64,000 bases of DNA from Octopus vulgaris (taxonomy: Eukaryota), in the NCBI GenBank assembly GCA_951406725.2, contig OX597818.1:79112001-79176000 (forward strand). The letters run 5' to 3'. The position numbers and the translations under genes were made by a program. Under the pieces are notes generated by a model, which ran no database searches, had not been told where the DNA came from, and saw only the letters and a program-made list of their open reading frames with translations. Below are positions 14,036-28,314 of the stretch, piece after piece. Every line of letters begins with the position of its first letter. Position 1 is the stretch's first letter.

Positions 14036-14320
14036 CACCTTCCACACACGCCAGCTTAATTTAATTCGTCCTTAATCGAAAGACATCTGTCGTTATGTCC
14101 TGTTATATGACCGGTGTAGTTCGCTTGAAGCATTGTAGTGCCGAATAAAGAAAAGAAAAGGGTAAATAAAGCTTCTGACAATGTAAAGTTTAAAACAAAA
14201 TCTGTGCATTTCAGGCGCAAAGGTGCTCCCAGACTGTTGCTTTCTATCAGAAGCTTTCTTATGTTCTCTCTCTGTTCTTTCTTCTCAGTCTCTCTCTCAC
14301 TCCCCCTCTCTCTGTCACAG

Positions 14321-14436
<116 letters not shown>

Positions 14437-14439
14437 TTT

Positions 14440-14836
14440 TCTTCTCTAGGCACAAGGCCAGAAATTTTGGGTGAGGGGTAAAAATCGATTAGATCGACCC
14501 CAGTGCGCAACTGGTGCTTAATATATCGACCCGTAAATGATGAAAGGCAAAGTTGACCTCGGCGGAATTTGAACTGAGAACGTAAATACAGACGTAGAGA
14601 ATTGGTCTGTCGGGTGAATTAATGGTTTCAAATTTTGGCATAGGGACAGTAAGTTTTGAGGGGAAGTCGATAACATCGGCCCCAGTACTGTACTGATAAT
14701 TATTTTATCGGTCCCAGTACTTGACTGGTGCTTATCTTATCGACTCTGAAAGACAAAGTTAACCTCAGCGGGGTTTGAACTCAGAAAGCTGAGCATTTTA
14801 CCCGGCATGCTAATAACTCAGTCAGATAGCCGCCTT
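14440..14836 (-). mobile_element. Two SINE family A copies
   Basis: Reverse complement of the family A core (gatgaaaggcaaagttgacctcggcggaatttgaact) appears twice. Confidence 0.8.
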
Positions 14837-15156
14837 AAGTCACGAATACATTATAGAAGGTACTTTCCAATGGTGCCACGTAACATGATTGAACCCAATA
14901 TTATACGGTTGTGAAGCAAGCTTCTTAAGCGCACAACCACGCCTTCCCTAATAGGCACCAATATACCACGCTCACTGAGACTCTCCTCTGCGAATCTGAT
15001 ATGCCAGAAATGATTGTAAGAAGATTGAGTAGAAATAGTTAAATAATTTTATCTAAAGCTGAAGTATGTCTTAGTCTGTCCGTACGAAATTAGTCGTTCC
15101 CTCGTTGACGATTCGAATCAGTGGTCGTAGTAGAAATCCCCCTATGCGTAGTTTGT

Positions 15157-15199
<43 letters not shown>

Positions 15200-15200
15200 G

Positions 15201-15532
15201 AGACCCCCTTCGGTCACGACACAGACCATGGGATTGCACCTAGAAAGTTACCCTCTCAGGCACAAATCCGGGCAAAGTTGTTTATGGAAGACCAGCAGTC
15301 GCCCATGCATACCGGCCTCCCATCTCCACGCCACCAGTGTTATCCAAGGGAAAGGCAACAGCAGATACAGCTTGGCACCTGTGACGTCGCAACTCATTTC
15401 TACAGCTGAGTGAACTGGAGCAACGTGAAATAAAGTGTCTTGCTCAAGAACACAACACGCAGCCCGGTCCGGGATTCGAGCTCACAACCTCACGATTGTA
15501 AGCTCGACGCTCCAACGACTGAGCCATGCGCC
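15201..15532 (-). mobile_element. tRNA-derived SINE family C
   Basis: Minus-strand head GGCGCATGGCTCAGTCGTTGGAGCG..GCTCGAATCCC; body shared with copies at 19388, 20262 and 61554. Confidence 0.9.
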
Positions 15533-15534
15533 TT

Positions 15535-15576
<42 letters not shown>

Positions 15577-15582
15577 CATCTT

Positions 15583-15619
<37 letters not shown>

Positions 15620-15645
15620 GTACATCTATATACATATATAAAGAT

Positions 15646-15686
<41 letters not shown>

Positions 15687-16139
15687 GTTCAAAAATACAA
15701 CCCCCTATATTTATATATGTATATACGTTTGTTTGTCCTTTGACAACTGGTGCTGAGTTGTGCACTTTCTCTTAGCTCAGCGGTTTATCAAATTTACTTA
15801 ACTTAAATTACGTGCAAGAATTGATTTTCTTCAACTAAACCCTTCAATTCAGTACGCAATCAGACCCGCAGGCCAATCACTGAGACAGGTAAAAAAAAAA
15901 ACAACAATAAACATAAAGGAGGAATAGAATAAATGAGAAAACTGTTCAAACATTAGAAGTGAGTGCTTCTCATGAAGTTGTTTACATTGAAACTGTACAG
16001 GTATAGTTGTGTGATGAAGTTCATTTCACAACATAATACCGTGTTCAGGCCAGAAGCAGAATATTGGGTAATTGTTCTCTTGTATTCGTTCTAGTCAACC
16101 GAATGCTTGGAAGTGAAAGTTAGTAGAAGAAAACTTATT

Positions 16140-17805
16140 ACTTTATTTTTTTACGTGTTTCAGTCATTAGGCTGCGGCCATGCTGGAACATCACCTTGAA
16201 GAATTTTAGTCGTATGAATCGACCCCAGTACTTAGGTTTTTTTATTTGCTAAGGACAGTACTTATTCTATGGGTTTGTTTCATCGAACCGCGAAGTTACG
16301 GGGACCTAAGCACACCAAAACTGGCTGACAAGCAGTGGTGAGGGATGAAAAATGACACAAAAACGCACACACACATATATATATATTAGGTTGTTTTTAA
16401 AATAATGGCCGCTTTAAGTGTTGTGTTTTGAAACGAAATTTTATTGTAGTGTTTTAATTATATTTTAGGCGAATTTTGACATCCTAAATAATTGATGTAT
16501 GCTCTGTAATAATTTTCTACTTCTTTCAGACAGAAAACATTCTTCAAGCATAATCTTCCTTAATTATGAATATGATAAAAAAGGACCTTCGCTTACTTTT
16601 CTTGCATGAGTTCAAGCTTGGGCACAATGCTTCCTAAACTGCTGCCAATATCAACAGAGCATGGGGAGAGGGGTTCACAAGTGATCGCACAGTACGAAGG
16701 GGGTTTAGGAAATTCCGTAGTGGTAATGAAAGCCTTGAAAATGAAGAAGGTAGAGGACGGTTATGCAGTCTTGACAATGAACAATTGAAAGCAATTGTTG
16801 AATAAAACCCATGTCAAAGTGTCAGAGAAATGTCTTAGGCACTTAGTGTCGGTATTGCAACAGTCTCAAGCAATCTGCAGAAGATTGCTAAGGTGAAAAA
16901 GCTCGATGAATGGGTACTGCATGAGCTCAGTGAAAATCAAAAAGTGCGGCGTTTTGAAGTGCGCTCGATGCTCTTTCTGCGAAACACCAATGATCCTTTT
17001 CCTCGCCGAATAGTGGATCCTTTATGACAACCATAAACGTTCAGGTCAATGACTTGATCGTGATGAGTCCCCCAAACATAGAAAAAGATTACGGTCACTC
17101 TCTGGTGGTCTGCAATTGGTGTTGTGCATTACAGTTTTCTGGAAGCCAATTAGAGCATTACAACAGAGGTTTACTGCAATCAGCATGCTGAAATCCATGC
17201 TCACTTGCAACTACTGAGACCTGCATTGGTGAATCGGCGTGGTCCAATTCTGCTCCACGATAATGCAAAGCCGCATGTTGTAAAAATGACGCTGCAGAAA
17301 CTCACAGACTTGGAATACGAGACTTTACCACAGTCCTTCATATTCTCCTGATCTTTCACCCATTGACTACTATTTTTAAAGCATTTAAACACGTTTTTAT
17401 GTAATAAAACTTTCAGGTCTAAACCAGAGTTGGAATCAGCTTTCAAAGATTTCTTAGCATCAAAACCAATATGTTTTTATCAACGATGCATAAATAATCT
17501 CGTTGATCGATGGCAGAGATGCATAGATGTTCATGGCTCATACTCTGATTAATAAAAAAACATTTCTATTGTTAATTTTTTACAAAATAAAATTATGTTT
17601 CTGAAATCGGCCATTATTTTCGGAACAACCTAATAATATACGACAGGCTTCTTTCAGTTTCCGTCTACCAAATCCACTGACAAGTGTTTGGTCGGTCTAA
17701 TGCTATAGTAGCGGACACTTGCCCAAAGTATCACGCATTCGGACTGAACCCAGAACAATGTGATTAGGAAGCAAGTTTCTTTCCGCACAGCCACGCCTGC
17801 ACCTG
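16140..17805 (-). mobile_element. SINE family B split by a Mariner insertion
   Basis: 3' half at 16140-16385 and 5' half at 17634-17805 join to match the intact copy at 42513-42937. Confidence 0.85.
16386..17633 (+). mobile_element. Near full-length decayed Mariner transposon (1248 bp)
   Basis: TIRs TTAGGTTGTT..AAAATAATGGCCG at both ends and TA TSD. Transposase remnant 16566-17552 with FLHEFKLGHNAS, WVLHEL, LLHDNAKPH and YSPDLSP motifs; many stops. Confidence 0.93.
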
Positions 17806-18172
17806 TAGAAGTTAGTTGGGGAAACTATTCTTGCTACGTGTTTTATGACTTAATTCTTCATCATCAACTTTAAAACCACCACTTCGCTTTTGATCAGCTT
17901 TTGTCAAAGTTCACTCTGCTGTAAGCAATTGCTCCATGTCTCCAGTGAGAGAATATGTTCCTTTCATATTTTTTACTATAATTGGAGATTCTGAGAAATG
18001 TCATGAACGTTGCCCTATTCTGATTAAAACGTTAAAGTATTCATTTAATACTTTCTATAATGTACCTAATTTGTGTCCAGTATAATAGTTATGCTGATGT
18101 AAGCCGCAAGTATTAATTTGAGTCAATATCACTTGAGCGACGGACAAAAATACAATACTATTATTTAGTTAC

Positions 18173-18830
18173 GGCGAGCTGGCAGCATCGTTAGCACTCC
18201 GGGTAAAATGCTTAGCAGCACTTCATTCTTCTTTACGTTCTGAGTTCAAATCCCGCCGAGGTCGACTTTGTCTTTTATGCTTCCAAAGTCGATAAATTAA
18301 GTACCACTGAAAAAGTGAAATCGATGGTTAGTCCCCTCTGTCCCAAATTTCAGGCTTTGTGCCTTTAGTAGAAATGATTATTTAGTTACGTTAGGCGGCG
18401 AGCTGGCAGAATAGTTAACGCGCCGGGCAAAATGATTAGCGGGACTTCACCCGTCTTTACATTCTTAGTTCAAATTCTACCGAGGTCGACTTTACCTTTC
18501 ATCCTTTCAGGGTCGATAAAATAAGCACCACTCAAGCAGTGAGGTTGATGTAATCTACGAGTACTCTCCTCCGAAATTGCTGGCTTTATACCAGAATTTG
18601 AAACTCTTATTTAGTTACCTCAAGGCAGCAAGCTGGTAGAATCGTTAGCGTGTCGGACAAATTGCTTACTGCACTTCTTCCGGTTATTTATGTTCTCAGT
18701 TCAAATCCTGCCGAGGACATCTAGCATTTCATCTTTAAATTAGTATCAGACGACCAGTGTGATTAATGTAATCGATTTGCACCCTCCCGCCAAAATTTCA
18801 TGTTTTGCGCTTCTAAGTAGAAAGAATTAT
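18173..18830 (+). mobile_element. Three tandem SINE family A copies
   Basis: Heads at ~18173, 18394 and 18623, each preceded by TTATTTAGTTAC. Confidence 0.88.
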
Positions 18831-19049
18831 TACCAGCTAATGTAATTCGGTGTTTGTCACAAACATCCACATTAGTGTAGACTTACGTGTTATAGATTTT
18901 CGGTTTGTAACCATCTAATTCCAGTTTTAAGCCCCGTATGCGACACCTTTCACAAGTATTTCCATTACTATAGCACCGAGCCAAGCAATGTCTTATGAGT
19001 GAGATGGTTTGGAAACTGCATTATCCCGTCATGCACGCACACTTACACA

Positions 19050-19108
<59 letters not shown>

Positions 19109-19321
19109 CAGAAAGGAACTCTATCTTCTTTAAAAAATATCTTTTGATAAACAACGTCAACGGATGCGGAAACTCAGTAACAGGTTTTGTTGAACTTTTC
19201 TGCTGCTAATTAAAGCATATTACTCTACCACTGGTATTTGGTACTCTTTTTGTCCACTTTGTTTCACATTTATGTGTTTACTCTGGTATATATATATGTG
19301 TGTGTGTGTGTGTGCGCGTAT

Positions 19322-19379
<58 letters not shown>

Positions 19380-19387
19380 TTTATTTA

Positions 19388-19707
19388 GCCCCTTCGGTCA
19401 TGAATGACCTTAGGATTGCACCTAGAAGGTTACCCTCCGAGTCCGGGCAAGGTTGTTTGTGAATGACCAGCAGTCACCCATGCATACCACCCTTCCCTCT
19501 CTACACCACTGATGTTATCCGAGGGAAAGGCAGAGGCCGATACAGCTTGGCACCAGTAACGCCGCAACTCATTTCTACAGCTGAGTTAACTGGAGCTACG
19601 TGAAATAAAGTGTTTTGCTCGAGAACACAATACGCAGCCCTGTCCGGGAATCGAACTCACAACCCCATGAGGGTAATCTCGACGCTCTAACCACTTAGCC
19701 CTGCGCC
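19388..19707 (-). mobile_element. SINE family C (duplicated with its flank)
   Basis: Matches 15201-15532; nearly identical to 20262-20579. Confidence 0.9.
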
Positions 19708-19712
19708 TTCAC

Positions 19713-19756
<44 letters not shown>

Positions 19757-20218
19757 CCGTTCCACAAGGTATAGAAAGACACCATTGAGCGAACACACAG
19801 AGAGATGTGCGGGTAATCTTCAACCAGGCTTCACGGTTTTCCCCATCTACAAGTGCAAGGAAGCAATCTCTATACAACAGCAATTAAATAAAGAACATAC
19901 ATTTATTGAAAAATACAAACCGTGCCTGATTATGAACGCATAAACAATTTTGTAAATATTTTAATTCATGAATGCATAACCAACATTACACATACTTTAT
20001 TTCACTAATTTAACTTATGAGTTTATAATTTCGTAATATGAATACTACAAATTTACTGTCCCCAAAATGTGTGCTAGCCTACAAAACAGTGTATTCCACC
20101 AAAAAATGTGCAATTAGCTCCCTTGTCTGAATACGAATAATAATTAATTTTAATCACCATATTATATATATATATATATATATATAAGTGTGTGTGTGTG
20201 TGTGTGTGTGTGCGCGTA

Positions 20219-20260
<42 letters not shown>

Positions 20261-20261
20261 C

Positions 20262-20579
20262 ATTCGGTCATGAATGACTCCTTGGGATTGCACCTAGAAG
20301 GTTAACCTCCGAGTCCGGGCAAGGTTGTTTGTGAATGGCCAGCAGTCACCCATGCATACCACCCTTCCCTCTCTACACCACTGATGTTATCCGAGGGAAA
20401 GGCAGAGGCCGATACAGCTTGGCACCAGTAACGCCGCAACTCATTTCTACAGCTGAGTTAACTGGAGCTACGTGAAATAAAGTGTTTTGCTCGAGAACAC
20501 AATACGCAGCCCTGTCCGGGAATCGAACTCACAACCCCATGAGGGTAATCTCGACGCTCTAACCACTTAGCCCTGCGCC
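20262..20579 (-). mobile_element. SINE family C (second copy in the local duplication)
   Basis: Nearly identical to 19388-19707, including unique flanking sequence. Confidence 0.9.
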
Positions 20580-20587
20580 TTCACACA

Positions 20588-20629
<42 letters not shown>

Positions 20630-22136
20630 TCCGTTCCACAAGGTATAGAAAGACACCATTGAGCGAACACACAGAGAGATGTGCGGGTAATCTCCAACCA
20701 GGCTGCCGTCTTGTCTCACAGTCCATTCATTCTCAGCGTATAGAGCTCTGTTTCTTTATCCGTTTCGAATTTTATTAAGTCATTTCTTACTATCAGTTTT
20801 AGCATGCTAATGGGTAATTTTGCATAAGATATATCTTATATTTTTCGTTTTCCTTATAAATAAACATATAGCAGAGTGACTCTTGATATTTTAACCGGTT
20901 ATGCTATTTTGATAATATGAATACTACAAATTTACTGTCCCCAAAATGTGTAGCCTACAAAACAGTGTATTCCACCAAAAAATGTGCAATTAGCTCCCCT
21001 GTCTCGAATAATAACAATCACCAATTATCTCCCCTTCCATTTTTCTAAATGCTTGTTCATTTACAAACTCTCATACAGGTAACATGTACTGAAATATCGT
21101 AAATTGTAATATTTTCACCAATTTCAATGTCTTGATTAGCAAAACGCGTAACCGCTAGACTATACTAATATTCTATCCTTTAAGATATATCAAAAATATA
21201 TAAATTGTGCGCATTTTCCCTACTTTGTCATATATTTTTCACTACAAATCACAACACGGGTAAAAATCTCTTCAACGAAATTCTTTACTATGTGTATGTG
21301 CGCGCGCATGTGTGTCTGTGCATATGAGTTCATGTGTGTATGTATGTTGTATTTCTATATATGTGTTTATGAGTGCGTGCAAGTGTGTGTGTGTATGTGT
21401 GTGTGTGTGTGAGTGTGTGTGCGTGTGTGTGTATGTGAATATGAGCGTGCGTCTGCGTTTGCTTGTGCGTGACTCATTACTTGGAAATCAGATTTTTTTT
21501 GTATGTCCAATTCAGTTAGCGGTTCGTCAAAATACGGACCAGTTGGCTAGGTACCAAGATAAAATAAGTACTGAGATCAATATAATCGACTTAAATTTAC
21601 TTACGGCTGTACCACATTCTGGTCGCAGTCCTACGATTGAATGAAGTAAAAAAATGAAAGAATATCCAGTAGTTACTAAACATATTCAGCTGCATTACTG
21701 CTTTTGGAAGATCCTGGTACAAGGTATTGATCAAATGCCACAATCTCCTGCCGTCTTGTCTCACAGTCCATTCATTCTCAGCGTATAGAGCTCTGTTTTT
21801 TATCCGTTTCGAATTTTATTAAGTCATTTCTTACTATCAGTTTTAGCATGCTAATGGGTAATTTTGCATAAGATATATCTTATATTTTTCGTTTTCCTTA
21901 TAAATAAACATATAGCAGAGTGACTCCTGATATTTTAACCGGTTATGCTATTTTGAAAATGATTTGTTGTTTGCATTCATTTATCCGTCCAAGGCAGACG
22001 TTGGACACTTTGCTTTCGCGGAATTAACACCATGGACACACAAACGCACATACATATGCACAAATTCACACACACATACATGCACACACACACATATACA
22101 CGCGAGTATATATATACATACATGCATATATATATG

Positions 22137-22236
<100 letters not shown>

Positions 22237-22322
22237 ATATATATATACAGTATATATATATATATATATATATATATAATGTATATGTTTAGCCAATATA
22301 TATATATGTATATATATGTATG

Positions 22323-22381
<59 letters not shown>

Positions 22382-23348
22382 GTATATATATATATGCAAT
22401 TCTAATTCTCACTAATTCTCTTTCTCACTCCCTCTGTACTATGCGTTCTTCCTTTCTTCTGCAGACGGACTTCCGTCCGAAAATATGTCTCTCTTTATCT
22501 TTCTAAAAAAACAAAAACAAAAAAAAACATGAAGCTAATATATTATTTGTCAAAGTTTAGTTTCTTCTGGGTTGTGTTCATGGTAATTGTATCATATAAA
22601 TAGGTACATACATGAATATACACACACTTACATACATGTTTGTGGTGGGACTAAGGTTTCAACTAAAGACACTGACATGATACACGTACGTACATCCAGA
22701 CAAACACGCTCGCACACACACGCACGCACACGCACACACACACTAATACAAACACATGCATATATATACACGCAAACAAATATTTTTTCATTAATATGTA
22801 TGAGAATATAAAATATATAGAAATGCTTTTCTATGTGTGTATGTGTGTGCGCGTGCGTGTGTGTGCGTGTACAAACGTATCTTTTTACTGTTTTTATGTC
22901 CCCTTATATTAACGTCTGATTTCTGGTACAAATTGTTTTCCAACGACAACTGGCTCTTTGTAATAAATCTCTATTTGTGTCAAGCCCGTCCGTTTTGCAT
23001 TATGATTATTTATATCTTGCGTATACACATACAAATGTAAGTATATACATTCCTGCATATAGTCACACACTCACACTTATATATATACGTTTGTAAAATT
23101 GAACGAGAGAAATAGACGTGAATAAATAGATATGTATATGTATGCATATTTTTTATCTTGGAAACTATATAAGTAACTCTATAACACAAAACTTTGCGCA
23201 GTACTTCCACATGAGACTGGTTGTCATCTTCTATTTTGTATTTCACTCTCACACTCTTCTTTTATATATATAGAGAGAGAGATAAATTTCCCCTATTTAC
23301 ATAATATTGAGGTCTCTTTCTTTCTTTTGTTATCTTACCGCGTTTTTA

Positions 23349-23410
<62 letters not shown>

Positions 23411-23449
23411 CACATATATGTTATATGGTATATTATTTATTATACTATA

Positions 23450-24514
23450 TCTATAATATAAATTGGACATGGGAGAGCGTTGTATTCTTTCTTGTCTTGA
23501 GATTCACAGCCAAACGGCTGGGTGGATTCACGTGAGAAATGGCATACATGTGGAGACGGGTGCATAGATTGGAATGCATTGGGTGTTTTGTTCCCAGCCC
23601 CCATAGTTACCGAGAAAATCTATTAAAACTTTTCTAATGGAATCCCCCCGCCAACATCATAACCCTTCTCTCCTTTTCTCTGTTACTCACTCACACATTC
23701 TCTCACTACAACAAGTGAATAACAAAATTTCAGTTAACTCTCTCGCCCATATCGCACACCCCATCAAACACACACACACACACACGCTCTCTCTCTCTCT
23801 ATCTCTCACACACACACACGCTCTCCCTCTCTCCCCCTCACACACACACACACACTGTCACACACATACATGCACGCACATCAATTCTTCCACTTCACAC
23901 CAACTTCAAAGGAACTTCACTCATACTGTTTGTCCCTTTCACTTTCACGACTTCATAAGATCCCCTTTCCACGCCTCCAGAGATAAATCCCGCCAAATTA
24001 GCCAGAAAAACACGCACACACGTCCATTTCATATATCTTCTTTCAATTTCTGCTCTCCCATTACTCGGATGTCCAATACAATAGCTCTCACCGACATTTT
24101 CTTCTCTAAAAAGGTACGTGTCTATTTTTTCGATAACAATGACTTCTTCCAGACTTCTCCACTTTACCTTTGGCTGATATTACTACCAGGTCTACCTACT
24201 ATGTAGATGTCTGAACTTCATTTTCATTCACGGATTTGCATTTCAAAAATTTCACATAATCTTTTCCATAAATCAACTATCGTAAAACTTTTCTACTATG
24301 ACCTCACATTTTCTATGTGTGTGTATACTTTAAAAGACGTGATTAGACAGAGGTCCAATAGAATAGTTCTCAGAAACAGACTACGTACAAATTGTTTCCT
24401 CATCACGCCTGAAGCCGTTTTCTGCGACTATATTTTCACTTCACTTCACTCACTCTATCTCTCTTTCTCACACCCTTTCTCTCTGACATACACACGCGCA
24501 AGCACGCACGCGCA

Positions 24515-24569
<55 letters not shown>

Positions 24570-24999
24570 ACACACACACACACATACACACACATATATG
24601 TATATATATACACACACACGTCCAATTCACATATCTTCTTTCAATTTCTGCCATCTGCAAATAAAATTTTTATGGATACAACTGCTTCCAAAAATAGGGA
24701 TTAATGTATAATTTCTTTCTATGTTCATAATTAAATAAACGTTTTAATGATTAGACAGAGGTCCAATACAATAGCTCTCAGAAACAGACTACGTACAAAT
24801 TCTTTCTTCACAAATCCTGAAGTTGTTTTCTGACGGGGGAGGAGGTGGGGGAGAAATTTTCATACAGCTAGAGGCTCCAATCGAAACAGGGGACCCAAAA
24901 TAATAAGGGTGAGAAACACTGTTATAGATTATGCTTAACCGAAAACTATCACAACCACATCATTCAAACAGACCGGGTGAATCCGGGCTTAACTGCTAG
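23450..24999 (+). mobile_element. Non-autonomous Helitron with both termini
   Basis: 5' A|TCTATAATATAAA..CAAACGGCTGG; 3' GC-rich CCGGGTGAATCCGGG about 10 bp before CTAG|T; inserted between A and T with no TSD; internal ~84-bp repeat at 24341 and 24749. Confidence 0.75.
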
Positions 25000-25067
25000 T
25001 TATATATATATATATAATATATAGTGACACACATACATATATATAACTATATATGTAGGTATGTATG

Positions 25068-25176
<109 letters not shown>

Positions 25177-25215
25177 GTATATATATATGCATATATATAT
25201 ATGTATACATATATG

Positions 25216-25258
<43 letters not shown>

Positions 25259-25274
25259 ATAAATGCGCCATTTT

Positions 25275-25490
25275 AAAGCCTAACCAGGGTCATGGACCCG
25301 GTTTCCCGGTTTCTATGGCGTATGTGTTCCCCAGCTGGACGGGAACACATTTTTACTAGCTGGGTGGACTGGAGCAACGTGAAATGAAGTGTTTTACCCA
25401 AGAACACAACGCGTCCCCCGATCCAGGAATCGAAACCACAATCTTACGATCATGATGCTGATACCCTAACCACTAAGCCACGCGTCTCCA
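25275..25490 (-). mobile_element. tRNA-derived SINE related to family C
   Basis: Minus-strand head GACGCGTGGCTTAGTGGTTAGGG..GTTTCGATTCCTGG; shares the ttcacgttgctccagt body. Confidence 0.8.
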
Positions 25491-25520
25491 CATACATACA
25501 TACATACATACATACATACA

Positions 25521-25556
<36 letters not shown>

Positions 25557-25628
25557 TATATACATACACACACATAGAATCCCTAATATTTATAATAATA
25601 TATACACATATATATATATATATACATA

Positions 25629-25663
<35 letters not shown>

Positions 25664-26599
25664 TTATATATATATATTCATATATATATGTGTGTATATA
25701 TATATATATTGAGAGAGAGAGAGAGAGAGAGGTAGATACATACATACCTACATACATAGTTATATATAAATCTTTTACCTTGCAACTTTTTGCGTTTTAG
25801 GTACAGAATGAAACTGAGAATTAGTGGATATGCACCTTATTTTTTTTATAGCTGTGAATATATATAAATGCCTCAAAAGCCTGAAGCTTAGTGCAATGGC
25901 TTTATGCTAAAATGTAGCCATTCCTGCATACACATCTATAATTATATGCATGTAAATACGTACACACACACACAAACACGCACACACACATACATAAATA
26001 TATATACCATCGAATGTCTGGTGTTGTAGCTATAGTTTCAATCTAGGAATGTCTAAGATACTTATATCTATCATCTACTTTTGCCATTCATTTCAGTCTT
26101 ACCTATTTATCTTGGTCTTCCTTTTTATTTTTCTAATTTCTTCTGTATTTCTGTGTTTTGTAATTTATCAGTTTTATGCTCTCCCAGTTACTTCCTATAG
26201 GGTAGTTCTCTTCCTTCCAAGTTTCTGATTTTAGAGTGTATATCTATCTAAGAATTTTGCGTTTTAATTATTTTTCCTCAGTATTTTTTGATTCCTATGT
26301 CTTTCCTCTACTTAATTTTGATATCAATGTTTTTTTTTTCTTTACGTATACACAGTATTTCCGATATACAAGAGTGGTATTCTGATAAAAGCTTTTCTGA
26401 AATGAATGCATATCAGCTTTTAGGGTATTCTTGCTACTCTTTCAATACACGTTCGTTTTGTCAGAAATTGTTCTTTACATCCATAGATCGCTTTCCACTA
26501 CATTTCTGCTCATGTGAAATTCTGACGAACTATCTTGTTTAGTAAGCATAAATATCAGTGCTATACAACGTTGAGAAACAAGTCTTGTATGTATGTATT

Positions 26600-26828
26600 G
26601 GTCCTCTGTCGATTACGACAATGATGGTTCCAGTTGATCCGATCAAGGAACAGCCGTTTGCCAAATTAACTTCCAAATCGCTGAGTACTCCATAGACACG
26701 CGTAGTTCTGAGAGGCATTCAGCGTGACATAGAATGTGACAAGGTTGGCCCTTTGAACTACAGGTACTACACATTCTTGCTATCTGAGTGGACTGATAAA
26801 GCATTTTCCTCAAGAATACAACGCGCCC
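26600..26828 (-). mobile_element. SINE fragment (family C-related body, different tail)
   Basis: tgagtggactg..caagaatacaacgcgcc segment resembles the family C body. Confidence 0.55.
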
Positions 26829-27293
26829 CTGTAAAAGAAATATTAAAGCGCTTGTCAAAATGTTTTCTGGAAACGTGTTTCGTTCTTCAAGATGTGTGTT
26901 TGTCACTATGATAGAAATTATTATTATTATTATTTTGTACAGCATCAGACAAAATGCTTCGGGGCATTTTTCCCAACTTTTTATGTTCTGATCTCAAATC
27001 CCACCGAAATCAAATCTTTTCCATCGCTTACATTTGCTGTTGATAACAGAGGACCAGTGATGTGCTAGGATCCATGGTATTGGCTTGCTCTACCCAACAA
27101 AATTGCTGGCCAAGTGAGAAAATTAGGAATCATCATCATCATCATCATCATCATCATTTAATACCTATTATTATTGTCCTCTTTTTATTGTCTTTTTAAA
27201 ATCGTTTTTACCCGCTTGTTCTCCTTATCTATCCTCAACTTCATTTTCAACCCACTTCTCTTCTTTATCCTTCCTACTTCTTATTATCATATC

Positions 27294-27384
27294 TTCCTCC
27301 TCCTCCTCCTCCTCCTCCTCCTCCTCCTCCTCCTCCTCCTCCTCCTCCTCCTCCTCCTCCTCCTCCTCCTCCTCCTCCTCCTCC
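27294..27384. repeat. (CCT)n trinucleotide tract
   Basis: Direct reading; it generates the spurious poly-E/G/L ORFs. Confidence 0.97.
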
Positions 27385-28314
27385 ATCTTCTCCTTCCTTC
27401 TTGGGTCGATGGTATCGACTAGCCGCCTCCCCATAAAGTTGCTGGACTTGTACCAAAATTTGATACAAATATTTTTCCGTAGACGCTAGAGACAGCTGTG
27501 CACCAAAAAAGAAAAAAATTCACTCTATAATATTTATTTACTTCTCTGTATTCTCAGCTCACATCTCACTGTCGTCGATCCGTTAGATACCAGTATTCTA
27601 CTGATGTCTGTTAACTTTACTGCATACTTTCTTGAGATGTAAAATTAAATATTACTATATGATGGAAGTAGCTTGGCTGAAAGAGCAGGTCTGTGTTAAT
27701 TTAGTTTTACATTGCAGTTCTTAGTTACGAATCTGTACTTGTATTTACGTCTCCTTAAGTATATTTAAATATGTTTATGTAAACTTAAGACTCGCTCAAA
27801 TATGTTGTTTGAGAAAGTTTTGAACCTGTAAAGGCTTTCCACTGCAGATTGTCGTGGGGAAAATACTGTCGCTTAGGCCAAAGTTGTAGTATAGTACCAT
27901 AGTGAATAGTCTTTACAGGTTTAAATATCTTTCAAACATTTTATAACTTAATTTTTTATGCTTTTCTTCATTACTTTACACACTTTTTCCGGCTTGGCAT
28001 CTAGTCTGCACAACCAATAAAGAACATAATTTACTAACTTACTATAAACAAACTTTATTTCCTAATCAGCTCAGAGTTGCCTCACTTGGTATCTGCGATT
28101 GAAGAGAACAAATAAATTCGAAATGCATCCAAGAGTCCAATAGAGAGCGCTCTGAAGTGACTACGGTGTTTTAACACCTTTTTTGTCTTAAACTAGAATT
28201 TCTATTCTCTCTAACAAGCTGCAGTGAAAGCCTGTACAGGTTCGAATACTTCTCAGGCACATCTGAACTGGCCTTGTGTTTGCATACTTTATTTCTCTTC
28301 ACGCATCTACCCAC

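Noticed and set aside
27790-28275. Degenerate inverted repeat, possible MITE
   Set aside because: Arms are too diverged and no TSD is visible to define an element.
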